Both the position numbers and the translations under genes were made by a program. The notes below the pieces were generated by a model. The model had not been told where the DNA came from, ran no database searches, and saw only the letters and a program-made list of their open reading frames with translations. A DNA stretch of 64,000 nucleotides from Dimorphilus gyrociliatus (taxonomy: Eukaryota > Animalia > Annelida), in assembly GCA_904063045.1 (NCBI GenBank), contig CAJFCJ010000029.1, positions 186,001-250,000 on the forward strand. Direction: 5' to 3'. Shown one piece after another: positions 14,701 through 28,456 of this stretch. How positions within the stretch are numbered: position 1 is the stretch's first letter; every line of letters starts with the position of its first letter.

Positions 14701-15966
14701 AGAATTAAGTGAAAAAAGGAATAATCTTGTACTATGTAAACAGAATTAATCCTCTTTTTTCATAAAAATGTTTTTTTTTCGCCTTATAGTTTGTTGGACG
14801 ATGAAAATCTTTCTCTCATCTATTTGTTTATATAGTCTTGAAATTATTACTTTTATCAATTTATTTTGTCATTTACAGAAAGGCTTCTTAATAGAAAAAA
14901 GAAGCTACTTTGTACATTTTAGTGTCTGTGATCCCTCAACAGTATACAGAACTTCAAATGAGGAAGAGCAACGTGATAATTAAGCCAAAGAAAAAGTTGT
15001 ATTTAATATGGATGCGGACAAGTAGGAAATATTGCACTAAAACCTCGCTTGTCAATATATGTATGAGCATTTCTTGCATATTTAATATCGGGCGCGTATA
15101 CCGTAAATTAACCCTAAATATGAAGAGAATGATTTATTATTTTGATACGGGGCACATGTATTTATTAGAATAAAAGTATAAAAGGGATTACAGTCTTTCG
15201 ATTCGTGACTGCTTGACTTTAGACTAGTCCAGTTCACGCCTTTTCACCACGAAGAGTGCGAAATTTTCGCGACTGTTGCATCAAGTATTTATGCAAACTG
15301 CAACCACCGTATAAACACCGAGACCACAAAGTTTCATATTATAAATTGCATTTTAGGGTATTACAGAGGAGTTTTCGTTTGGTCTCTCCGAGGAGGAACG
15401 CCTACGCAGTGATATTCGACGCCCTCGCCCGATTTTATAAACTCTAAGGTGAGATGAATTATGACGGCAAGGAGACTTGCAATTACTGGCTTATATAAAA
15501 ACCAAGGCTTATTTTACCCACCACTACTTCCTTGTGTATGGCATTTTTATTACTAATATATTCCTTATTATGTATAAAACTGTTTAAGGCAGAGTATTTT
15601 TTTCCGCCTTTTTTTTCTACAGCATTCCACCAGGTGGGCTATGTGCTGGAGGAATTGTGAACTGTCATTCTTTCTAATCCTCCTGTTGGCAGCAGTATCG
15701 ATTCACACCTGACTTGTAAGGCCCTCTACTGTTTAAAAGCACTTATGCTTTACACTCACTTGATAAAGAAGGCAGAACACGTGACACTATGACTGGGCTG
15801 ATAAGGAACAGCCGTTCATAACTTATGGCCATATCTAGATCAAAAAGAGTAGCAATCAGTTGTCTCTAGCCGCGGAAAATTTAATAGACATTTTATGAGA
15901 TATGATATATGAGAGTCAAATGCGAGTTTAAAATATTGGACTGTATTACAAGAAATTTAAAGAACA

Positions 15967-17584
15967 ATGCCTTTCATTTTGAGGAGAAAGAAGAAGAAGG
16001 AAAAGGTGGTTGGTCAGGATTTGCCAAGATGGAGTTCCGACTACAATATCAATTACAATTTAGATTCCGGAGATAAAACTAAACTTGTACGATCTGCAAC
16101 ATCGATAGACAGGTAAATTACTTTATTTATTATTTGTCTAGATCGTCTCGTCATCTCGTAATTATAACAAAATTTCCGCTTTCTTGTTATTAAAGATAAT
16201 TAATTACTTGCTTATATAGTAATACGGAATATCAAATTCATAAGACAAATTATTATAGTTTAGTAATACAATGAACATATATATATATATATATATATCT
16301 CTACACATGTATATGAATAATTAATACAAATGCTATCAGTATGTGCACTGCAATGCTATATTTAATATTTATCCCCTATTTGATTCTTGTTTCCTCTTCA
16401 CCCGATAAAAGGTTTATCATAAAAAGTGAAATAACGGTGAGATATATAAATAGAAAAAAAATCAATACAATTATAAGTTTAGTGAATAAATTATAAGAAA
16501 AATATCTAATTAAAAAGGTAAATTATTAAAAATTCGAGAGTTTTAATATAGAAAAATAATAATGCAAAAGTTACAAAAGTAGAAGAGCTATATTGATCGT
16601 TTAGCCTTTAAAGAAATTTACAAAAATTGGTATACCTAAATTCAGAACGGTTTTCTTATTTATGTAATGATTGATAATTTCTCTTGCAGAATCTGTAGAA
16701 TATTTAAAGTGCTTTTCTAGTATCAGAGATGTTTCTTTATATATAGAAAATATGAATTGTATTCTAATATATAATAGACGTGATATCATATTATATATTT
16801 AGATTTAAATGACATAGACAGTATATTATTATTATTATGAACACGAAATGTTAAGGAATGGTTTAGTCTAAGCAAAGACAGATAGAGATACATTCTGTTC
16901 TGTCATACATCTAATTGCAAAACATTTAGATAAGGTCAGTAAAAATTTTCTACTACTCTTATAAATTCATAGATTTTATTAAAATGTATTACAAATGTCG
17001 AACTTTAGATATTTTTTTAGAAAGAATCAAACAAATTCATTTAATTATTAATTATGAAACCTTAACATTGAATAATTAAGAAGAAATCTAGTCTTTTCTG
17101 GTTGTTACACTTAAGCGGTGATAATGAATCATACTACTATGGTTGAACAATTGGGAAAAAAATTAAAACAAATATTATACTTTAATAACAGCAATGACAA
17201 GCTTTTTCCTCTATAGGAAATATTATATCTTTTATATAGAAGTAAAATATACTGTTTTAATTATATTGCAAGTTACCCTCCATATTAATTGGAAGGTTCT
17301 TTTTTGCAGTTTCTCATTTATCATGTAAATATATTCTCACTTAAATCGATTGCTTGTTGGAAAAAAACTGAATAAAGGAATAATAATTGTTAACTATTAT
17401 TTATACAGAGTAATAAAGAATTTCTCTCACAGAGCTATTGATTAACTTTCTATTTCCTTTCCAAGTATTTTTCAAGTTAAACTCTAAATTGAAAAGTAAA
17501 CTTGCGTGAAAAATAGCTAACCACCATATGAAAATGAATCATTGTTATATACGATATGTATCTTGCATTGGCTTTAGCTCTATG

Positions 17585-17633
<49 letters not shown>

Positions 17634-20600
17634 TATATATCTCATAATGATTACTCATTCTCTTGCGTATTTTTATTATTACTTAGTGATAACTTTTTGT
17701 CGTTAATACAATGTATATTACTCAGCACTATATCGTACTTTATTGCAGTTAATTCTATTACTTTGCTAACTAAAGATTAAACAAATTATAAAAATAATTG
17801 ACAAAATTTTGTCTACCTTGAAAATTTAGTTTTCACTAAGAGAGAGCTAAGAATAATTCTAATCTATTCCTTTTTTTTTTAGCTATTTAGAAGGTTTTAA
17901 TCGAATGTTTGAAAAACAATCCGTATAAAATTATTTATTAAAAAAAAATAGCAGAATGAAATAATTATAAAAATGGATCAATTCTGACTTTATAATTATT
18001 TAAATATATCTATATATAGTATATTAGTATATACAGTATATTGTATATTTGAACCGTCATCTATAAAGGGCTTTGTTCGAAGTAGGGTCATTAACCCTTA
18101 ACACATTTAAGCGACAAAATGATAGATAGTAATGATTATAATTAAGATATTCTAAAAATAAATAGCCTGTCTTGTATTTATTTTTAATTATTTAAAATAT
18201 ATCAATAACATTAAGAAGTTGTAATATTTGTTTTCTTTCGAATATTCCATTATGAACAGAGAGAATTTTTCATCTTCAGTACCGTTAATTTTCTTCATAT
18301 ATATTTTGTTTTTATTTGCATTACATATAAAATATTCAACTTGTTTTATATGAACAAACCATGTATATCTAGTACATAATATAAGATAGATTGTCATTTT
18401 TTTTCTTATATTAACTTGGTATAGAGATATCCATGATTAACCTAAAAGTGTATCATATTTCCATAAATAACTATTAGATCAGAGCAGAATTCCTTAAGTA
18501 TAATATTACGATATTTCAGAATTGAAGAAATGAAGAATGAAAATAATTCTGTGGTGGATATTAAAAATGCTAATAGCAAGCATATTAATTCAAAGAAGGT
18601 TACGATTAATTCAGAATTCAGCAGTCAACTACCTTTAAGGAGAGAGTAAGTCATTATATTTTCATTGGTTTTTATTTCCGAGAAGACTGATAGGCTGAAT
18701 GAAATTAATCAATCATTATTTGAAAGTTGTTTTATTAAATGTATCTATATATGTATATTAGACTGGATACATTTTTATGGAATAGCTGACATTTTAATGG
18801 TATTTAAATTTTTATGAATAGTAAAGATGAACAAATGTATATCTAAATAATAGTAAAACGCAACAAAAAAACACAGTATATTCAATAAAGCACTATTGTT
18901 CACCTAGAAATGCTATAATTTTATATACAGTATATATGTATATCTCTTATTTTGCACTATATTCATGTATCTATACATGTGCTTTTTTGAACCACATATA
19001 TATTTCATATAGTCTCCATATACATTTTACTTGTTTTCGTATTCATTAATAAATTATTCATTTACCTCGTAAACTTCTATAAAAGAGAAAATTACAATAT
19101 TCACCGTACCACTATCGACTTTGAAAATAAGATAATATCAGTCGAATTGAGATCAATAAGCTTGTACTTTACCAACAAACCGGAAAAGCTGCTTAAGGGT
19201 GGAAAATTTTCAATTTATCTATAAATTTTACCTCTATTAGTAAATTACAAACTTACTTCAATTATTAGAACTTTTGTTTTCTTATTTATTTATATCAATA
19301 GAGTTTTTACTGATAAAGTTTTATTTAAAACAAAAAAATATGACAAATGTGTTATCGATAGAAGCAGTTATCAATTCAAGTAATAAGGAAAGTAAAAATA
19401 TTGCTATATGAAAGTACAAAGGATTTTTAAACTACCTTTACGGAAGAAAAAAGGTATACTTTTCCCCAAAACACGTACTCTGTTTGTTATATGTAATGTT
19501 AGTAATATAAACGGATTATATAATAATGACATCTAAAACAGCAAAAAATTACGAGATAGCTTTTAACATCTATAATTAAAAGTACAAATCTAACTAAATA
19601 TTATATAATGAGCTAAACATTTAATCTCATATTATTGATAATTGCTTCAACATAAAATTGGCGAGTGATTAAGATATAGACTGATATGATAGCGATTTAG
19701 AATACTTTATGCCTAGAAATAATGTAATTTTAAGGATAAAAAATAAAAGAACACGATATTAATGTATTTCAATAGTGAAATTTATACTGCAATGGCTATA
19801 AACGTCGCTTTTCACTGAAAAGCACTTGGTGTGTAAACTTTCTGATTGTTGATACAATTGATTTACTGTTTCTAGTTATTCCATCGGTCATTGTGTTATT
19901 TTTTCTTTTCATCAATAACGACTTTGGAAGAGTGTACTAATTTCGGAAAATATAATCAAACTTAGCGATATAACCATATTTATTGGTAGGCCTATGACAA
20001 AGTGTAATTCAATCTGTAAGAGATTCCAAATATTTTTTTTAAAGATATTTAATAGGTTTTTAAATAATAATACACGAGAGTGGAACAACTCGGTCAAATC
20101 ACTAGGTGTCCTCTAAGGTGCGTTTCACTGCCCTTCACCTATTTGTCCTACTATCTAAGCAAGAATTAATTACACCATCTATCGGAATAATATTTAATTA
20201 AATGGAAAAAAACTATAACTCTATTAAAGAGTGCAACCAATTTTGAAAAATAACGACAAAGTAATAATATTTAAGGAATTAGTCTAGTAGCTCCATAGAA
20301 CCTTGCAAAAGGAAAAAAATACTCATGCAGAGATAATTAATACATGAAGCTTTCAAGCAGGCAAAATCCAAATTAATCGAAAATTTAGCACGAAATTTTG
20401 CTATGGATAACACTCTCACTCAACACTCTTAATAACCGTATAATTAGACAATCTCCATAACCATTTTTACTTTGTTATTTATGGTACCTCTATTGCTAAC
20501 CCTACTATGCATAATTTCCAATTGGTTAGATATTATTGTTTTATTGTTTTCTTAAAGAGATATGTATACTATACATACTGTACAGTTTATAATATATATG

Positions 20601-21857
20601 TTTAGACATGTAAGCATGGTTATCGTGGTACGAATAATGAAACTCTCCTCTAGAACAACATAATTGCTTAGATTTAAAAGGATAAAATAATCACGAAATA
20701 TGAAAAATAACATCTGAATAAACATTACATGACTTGATTGATATTTTATCAATGTAGCTTTTCTTATTCAATGACATCATGCAGTATAGCATGTACAAAA
20801 TCTGATTTTTATATCGAGATAGTGTGCAATATTCAGCATGTGATGTTGCCCAATAAATAACTATATTCAATGAGTAAATTTAGTATAAAAACGTAGTGTA
20901 AAATATTCTCTATATAAAGCCATTGAGTGGCTATAGGTAGTTGCCGGTAGTTTAGTAGAAATCTTTTCTAGAGACATAGGTCAGTATGTTACAAGCAAAC
21001 TTTTGTCGTTTTTTTTTTCTCATACCACGTAAGCCTAAATAGATTACCTATCAAAAAGATTTGTACTGTTTTCTTTAATTGTTACCTCATTTACTAATAT
21101 ACTTGTGGAAAAAAAAACCTTTTAATGATGTAACATCTGAATAATTAAATTGATTTTTGATGTTCTTAGTACTCAGTGGAAAAGTAATAATTGTACCGCG
21201 AAGAAAGAGAGGATACGTAGAATTTATAGGCTTAAGGAGTTTTTAGATTAAAGATAGATTTTTCTTTACTGTGAATTATGATTATAAAGCTACAATAAAG
21301 ATCATGTTTTCATAGCATGAAAACACTCCTAAAACATGGTTAATATTTTATCGTAAAGATACTACTATTCATATTTTTAAACCATTCATCCTTGATTTTG
21401 ATTCAATTGTTGAGAAAATATATAAACTGAATGACTCCGGCCTAGATATAGTAATGCTGAGATATCAGTTATTTATTCATACTTCATATAAATATTTCAG
21501 GATACCTATCAATTCGGAACCACCCTCACCAGCTAATCCTACAGCCATCTGTCAGTCAGTATCGAATGAACATTTGAAAGATATGAGGTATAAAAAGAAA
21601 ATAAAGTTTAAAATAAACAAACATTTATAGACGGCGCCCAAATCGTCGCATTATGCGTCTGAGGTGTAACTATGGACGCTTCGGACAGCGGTGGAAATAT
21701 GGGTGCGATTAGTGATGATGATTTAATAAATCTATTTAATTACAGTGATAGTAAATCAGCACTAACTGGCTTTGAACAACCTAGAGCTGTAAGTATACAA
21801 AAGAGATTAGAAACTAACGTCGAATGGCCTATTATTGATTTTACTCTTACACTCTCA

Positions 21858-21919
<62 letters not shown>

Positions 21920-23591
21920 GGCCGTTTTTCTTCCTTTTTCAGATGTCTATGATTTCTATCCTCCTATATCATTCTCTATTCGCTCTTGATCTATTGTTTT
22001 TATTATGCTCAATTTCAAATTATAAATATATCATCTGTTAATTAATTTTATAGATCCTCAAGAAAATATCTCGCCCAAAGCATGAAAAAAATGATAAATA
22101 TCATAAAATCTTTAAAAGAGTTCCGGCTGATGAAAATCTTATTGAGCATTTCTCATGTGCCTATTTTGGTGACATTCTGCTTCAAGGCTGTTTGTATATA
22201 TCGGCTAATTGGTTTTGCTTTTACTCTAAAATCCTTGGTAGAGTAAAGTTGATTGAAATCCCTTTAGAATCAGTTATTGAAATTACACGTAGGCGAACAG
22301 CATTTGTTATTCCAAACGCAATAGGAATAAGGACCAAACAAAATAAATACGTTTTTGGTTCTCTACTTTCAAGGGATAATACTTTTAAGTTAATGAATAA
22401 CGTTTGGAGATTGTTCAGTGCAAATAGACCAATTGTTCAACCTTCTCAAGGACTCGGTGAAATAGAAGATGTAAGTTGATTTCTAAATATCAAATACTCA
22501 TTGCATGATTCATTATCGTTTATATTATAGGCAAATAATTTAAAAGGTTATTGTCTCTTTCTTTCTTTAGTTAGTTGTACAAGCAGTACTAGCTTTTACA
22601 AAACTACTAACTTATTCCAATCAATGACAATATAAATGAATAATTAATTTGCCTATTTTTTAAAAAAAAACTTCTAATCAAAACTAAAATCTATATCTCT
22701 AAAAACTATATCGTTAGTAAAAAAAATTATAAGGATTACAAGTTATAGTAAGCTGGATAGATAATCGTTGGCCTATATAAATACAGGTGATATTGATCGA
22801 AAAACGAATTGTTATCAAACCTTTATTTCAATTCTTCTGAAAAAAATGAATTTTATAGTAATTTCAATATGAATTGTAATTATTTTCCTAAAGACAGAGA
22901 TTAATCATCGAAATTGCCATTAAACCTAATATATTGTATATATAGTTTTTTTTATATGCAAATATTTTACGAGGGTATTTACGATATTTTATTTATTAAT
23001 TGATAAATTATTGTTTGTTATTGTTTTTTTTATCTCAAAATATTTTCAATTACTATTTGTTTTTTATTTCTGTTAGGAGGAAGATAAGGATAACGTTATT
23101 GAAACTGGTGATAATGAGAATGATTCAGACGAATCTTCAAATAACTCTGGGAGGAGAATGTGCCATAAAAACAGAACCCCAAGTATTATTTTTAAAAGAC
23201 AATCATGCTGCACTTCAGGTTAGTTATCTTTTACTCTAATAATATATTTATAGACAAAGATTAAATCACTTTTCCTAACGCAGAGGTGAAAATTGGAGAC
23301 AGAAAGTCTGTTCATCCTATCTCATTTTTGACAAGAATCTGGCTGGGAATTTGCTTCATTCTAGTCATAATTTTATCTCTTCTTGCCTTCTATCAAACCC
23401 TGAAAGTATTTGATCTACAAACTAAACTTGAGCTAGGAACAGGTCATTCCTACTCATCTATGAAGACCGACTATGCTGTAAATGTTCACAATCTACGAGA
23501 GGTCTTAAAATCTAATGTAGATGCCCTAAAAGCTATAGGCGATTCTATTCATTCAATAACAGAAGAACAAACTGAAGAATCAAACTCTTGA
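15967..23591 (+). CDS. GRAM-domain membrane protein, GRAMD2/GRAMD3-like (GRAM + C-terminal TM, no VASt domain), about 433 aa
   Basis: Exons 15967-16112, 18520-18645, 21501-21587, 21631-21663, 21746-21788, 22054-22470, 23077-23218, 23284-23591 (1302 nt, phases consistent). GRAM core YHKIFKRVPADENLIEHFSCAYFGDILLQGCLYISANWFCFYS...KYVFGSLLSRDNTFKLM; TM IWLGICFILVIILSLLAFYQ. The 5-prime exons are less certain than the GRAM and TM exons. Confidence 0.85.
17591..17632. repeat. (TA)n microsatellite, intronic
   Basis: About 21 TA units. Confidence 0.95.
21863..21912. repeat. (CT)n microsatellite, intronic
   Basis: About 25 uninterrupted CT units. Similar CT tracts at about 352-376, 6328-6375, 44035-44105 and 58256-58271. 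Confidence 0.95.
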
Positions 23592-26188
23592 TTTCTTTCC
23601 TAAATTCTAAATTTATGTCGCAAACTGATTTAAAAAGTTAACTAACGTCATACTGATAAATAGTTTCACAGCTAAAAGCATTCACAACTTAAACCACAGT
23701 CTTTCTTATGCAGTAAATGTACATTTGTCTGTGATTTTTTTTAGCTCAAACTAGATTAAAAATGTTCATGTGTCATAATAAGTGAATCTTGATAACTGAT
23801 ATAAAATGGAGCAAAGGACTATAAACGCACTGTATTTTGCAAATAGATTTGTGATAGTCGTTAAATTGAATCCTATCCAGAAGACTGGTTCAGTAAATTT
23901 ATTGATAAAAACTAATCTGCTTTAAGTTGGCAAAAAGGTTCCCATATTATAATTGAGTCATTAAAATACAGCTGAAAAATTGTATAATCCTAACCTCAAA
24001 ATACATTATATATGCAAATGAACTATTTATATCGTATTTTACGAGATTACAAGAATAGACTTTTCCTCGCCCCGTATTTGCATTGCCACTTATTTTTGCT
24101 ATAGATTTAGGATAAGGAGAAATATCGTCATACGTTAGAAATTTACCTTCTTACAACAATCTCTCGACAATCCCATTCCACATCGATAGTTTTCTTTATT
24201 AGTCGCCTTAAATAGAATAGGCAACCTATCTATAGAACCTCGGTATATCCTAGGAATGACGCATATATAGATTAACTATATATGGTATTATTCAGCTTTC
24301 CATGTTTAAATTCATTGAGGAAAAAAAAATAATTCTACTTTGCTTATTGAATTTTAAATGGTAAATTTTATTTATTAACGATATCCTTAAATTTAATTGG
24401 TAATAAAATTTATATTCTTCAGGAAAGGCATTTCCTCAGATTAATTTAATTATCGGTCGTATTCCAGTTTCAGTTGGAGGTAATAATAAAAAATAATAAA
24501 GCTACATATTCTTTCAACGTTGAATGGTTAATTTAATTGGTTTCAATTAGCTACGATTACCAATTTCAAAAGTGTAAGACCTTACCCCTTCGACATTATA
24601 AACTCCAATAGCAATAATTTGAGCCGTGGCAGAATCCTTTCCTTCAATAGATATATCTTCAACGGTTTTAACAAAGATAAAAGAAACAGACGTGGCTTAT
24701 TTTATAAACCTTATAAAAAGGCAGTTATTATCATCCAGCTTATTTCAGCTATGCTAGACAAGCTAGTAAAAATACCCGTATTATAGTAAATCTCAATGTA
24801 TTTTGGATCATATATGGATCGAAAGTAGGGCTCCACTAATGTATGCTTTCAAAAGAGAAAGGAAATGAGAGAACAAACATTATTAATATTCGATTTGGAT
24901 GGAAGGTGGTCTAAAGATGTCGATAATATTGATAAAATTAACAAACAAACCTTCAGTATTACTCATTCAATAGAAAATTTTCATGCTATAAATAACAAAG
25001 ATATAAGACAAACATTGCCCTCCTTTCATTACTAAATAATAAAAATATTCAACAAAACCCAATAATCCAGTAGTTGGATGGTAAAAAATAATCTAAATTT
25101 TTAGTATAAGGTTCTTTTCAAAGATACGAATTGATGGTAACCAATCAATCTTATAAAATACTTGTCAATTGTATTATATGTCCAAGTTGTCTAATTTACA
25201 ATATAAAAAAAAGCTGTTGTTGGATTATTTCTACAAGATAAGCAGGAATATGAAAAGTGTTTTTTGAAATTTAGTTATTTTAAAGGAAACGCTAAGGAAC
25301 TATGATAGAATTTTATCAAAATTGCAAAAAACCAAAAGAGTAATGTCAATTCTAGCACGGAGCCAAAGAGAGGTTTTCTACAAATGGAAGTGACATTTAA
25401 AGTTTATATAGTAGTGCTTAAAATTTGAAACAATAAGCTTAACCAAGTATCTATAAATTACACTGGGGATAGGTTATCTATAGATGATACAAAAGAAATA
25501 CTAACGAAGCGAAACAACTTCTGATTGATGACGCTCTAGAGCAATAGATTTACAAAAGAAAAAGTAAAATAAAGAAATATACTTCAGGTACTTTCTAGAG
25601 AATAAATTAACCGAAAAAAGGTAACAATATTTCAAAATAAAATTAATGATGCCATATCAGAACGAATAATCAATGAATAAACTTCCGTAATGGCATAGCT
25701 CGATAGCAATCAGACTATTGACAATAAAGAGTTCGACTACTATATGAAAGGAGACAAATCATCATTTCTACTTCATGTTTTTACAACAAAATAGTGTAAA
25801 CTCGAACAGGATGAAAAACCGATAAGACTATTCACATATTTTTACATCAAACGAGACACAATCAGATTTTTTTCACACGCCTAGCAACTGAAACAAATCT
25901 TTTTTGTTTGTCCTATATAACGACTAATGTTCAACTTATAGTCTAGATTATATAACAAAGATTAGTAGTTTTTAATTACTAAATATAATTTCAAGCAAAT
26001 TCCAATTATAGAATTATAGAATATATGGAAATTGGACATATTGATAACATTCAGAATAGAAAATAACTGTATTATAGCCAAAGTATATTAATTTGTATGA
26101 AAAAGATAAAGCTCCACAAGAAAGAGGCAAAAAAATTCAAAAGTTGTTTCCGGGTAAATAATCTTCCATTTATGTTTGACATATTAAT

Positions 26189-26203
26189 CCAACAGATGGC
26201 GCT
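26189..26203 (+). promoter_or_regulatory. CTCF-like motif at the 3-prime end of the GT92 array
   Basis: CCAACAGATGGCGCT matches the CCNNNAGRKGGCRS core; lies just past the GT92 copy A stop codon. One of about 12 similar sites in the window. Confidence 0.5.
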
Positions 26204-26227
26204 TTTTGGAAAAAAAAATATTTTGAT

Positions 26228-27588
26228 TTATAAATTTGCGGAGAGTGTTCGATTTATTTGTTTGATATTATCTTCAAGCTTCAAAACAAATTTGTCTGGT
26301 GACATGCTGTCTCTTCTGTTATCTCTTCCGCAGCAGTTCACTCTAGGATTCGGACACTTCCTGTAATGGTGAAGAGTGGCAATTTCATCCACACATAGAA
26401 CCCAAAACTTTGAATATGCGAAAACCCAGTGTACTGTCAAATGGCTCACTCTTTCAGGAAGTATAATGTATTTTCTCCTACTGTCAGAGGATCTATCGTA
26501 TTTTGTTGTGACTGTTAAAGAAGCGAAAGATTTAATTCTTCTTGCGGTAGCAAACAGAATGCTTTTGAAATAAAATCCAGCCACCCTATTTCTATTTGAA
26601 AGTTGAAGAGCATTTAATTCTTTCCATAGTAAATTAGAATAGTTTATTGTCTGATTTAGGCGGCGAGGGAGAATTATTTCATCTAAATCAGTAAAGTCTA
26701 TAAAACGGGCCGAAAACATATTCCTATATAAACAATCGTTCAATGCAGATCTTTGGCCATGATACTGAACTTCGTTATCCTTCATCGGAACTTCCCATTC
26801 TATAATAGTAATCCAGTCAAATTTTTTGAGCTGTTGCGAAACTTCCTGATTTTCCGAATAAATTGTAGCCTTTGTAATACCTATTAACTTATGAAGAACT
26901 AACGCTTCTAAAAATTGAATTGATCTTCCAGCATGAATTGGAGATAAGCACCAATGAATCTCTGTCTTATTCTCAACTTTATAATAGTTTATGTTAAAGG
27001 TAACAATAGGTTTACAAGAATTATTTATTATTGACACTGCAGTTGGAAGAGATTTTCCAGTATGAGGGCATTTGACAATTGCTTCGAAATATCTGATATA
27101 CGTTTAACACTTTATAACTTTAAGCTCTCGATATTAATTTAAATGGTTATTTTTTTTACATACCTTGGTCTATGGCTATCAGGAATCACCAAGAGGGAAA
27201 CTTTCTCTACTTCGACAGTGGCGTTGTTGCTATACCACGATAAACAGTATAGGTCGTGCGTACCAACTTCAAGCATACCGAATACAATTGTTACATTCTC
27301 CCTATAGTCATAATAAGCGGAAAAAAAATATGTTCGGTCATTCCCAATCCACTTCTTACCATTAGGTGATATTACCGAAGGATATGGTATTGTGTTTGGA
27401 CAAATGCTGTACTTAGCTATTGAAAGATGATTGGCATATCCCTTGCCGAAGCGAACTTTTGAATAATGAGTTACAGCAATTCCAAATACAAGCCATGTGA
27501 GTCCAACGCAAATAAGTATTATTTTATAAAACTTAAGAAACGCTCTAAATAATTTTGTAAACAGTTTATCAAGTGTTTTGATCATCAT
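26228..27588 (-). CDS. Glycosyltransferase family 92 (GALT-1/DUF23-like) type II membrane protein, copy A, about 429 aa
   Basis: Exons 27588-27164 and 27092-26228 (phase-2 intron). N-terminal TM; YFFSAYYDYR; HWCLSP; YHGQRSALNDCLYRNMF...TDLDEIILP; RRKYII; LHHYR. Confidence 0.85.
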
Positions 27589-28456
27589 CTCACAAAATAT
27601 CTGTTAATTTTTTCAATGAAAACTTTATTGAAAATTCCTCAAGCTATTTATGTAATATACTACCTAAATTGTCAATTTTGCAGTTGGCAAAGCTCAGGGT
27701 GGAATGGCTACAACGTAAAAGAAAATATATGTAATATTTATACACCTTTTTTCAATTCTCTACAGGAGATTAACAGATTTTTAATATATTCTCTTTCAAT
27801 AACCTCCTTTAATCAACTGATACAAATAAGACAGTTATATTTTTAACTAGTTATTCTCTTTATAGTGATATTATGTACAGGGAAGAAAGAAATCTAATTG
27901 ACCTTCCAAAGATAGGATTTACGTAGAGGCGTAATTGTATATGAGTAATAACAATATAAGTAAACTTGATAAGCGATGAAGAAAGATAAATTTAAAAATG
28001 TACTTACTTCCTCAGACAGCGAGTTAGGCAACAACTGACTGCTTTTTTTGATGCTTTATATGATCTTACTTAATTGAGGTTATGTAAGGTACTCATTTTG
28101 AGTATTTTATATTAAAGAGATTTTCATTATGCGTTATACAAATTTGGTATTTTGTCAAAAGAGTCAGACTTCAATCGGCCGTAATTAAGTATTTTGACAA
28201 TTGATACCCTTTTGCATACAAGAGACCCTTTTAGACAAAAGCTTTATCGGGGTAATGCTTTCTCTTCACGATTTCCTTCAGGGTGGGCGTCTTTCTAATA
28301 CATTCTATTTGAAATTGCCCTATATATTTGTATATCACATTGTTATTTCTTTATTAGATTTTTCTGATAACAATTTAACACTAATTCACATAAAAAATGC
28401 AAAAATTTAAGAGAAGAGAAAATAAAATGTATGTAGAATTGGTAAACGATATTTAC

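Noticed and set aside
21672-21989. 105-aa ORF in the GRAMD locus
   Set aside because: Reads through introns and the CT microsatellite (SLSLSL); only 21746-21788 is modelled as exon. An alternative start at 21672 cannot be excluded.
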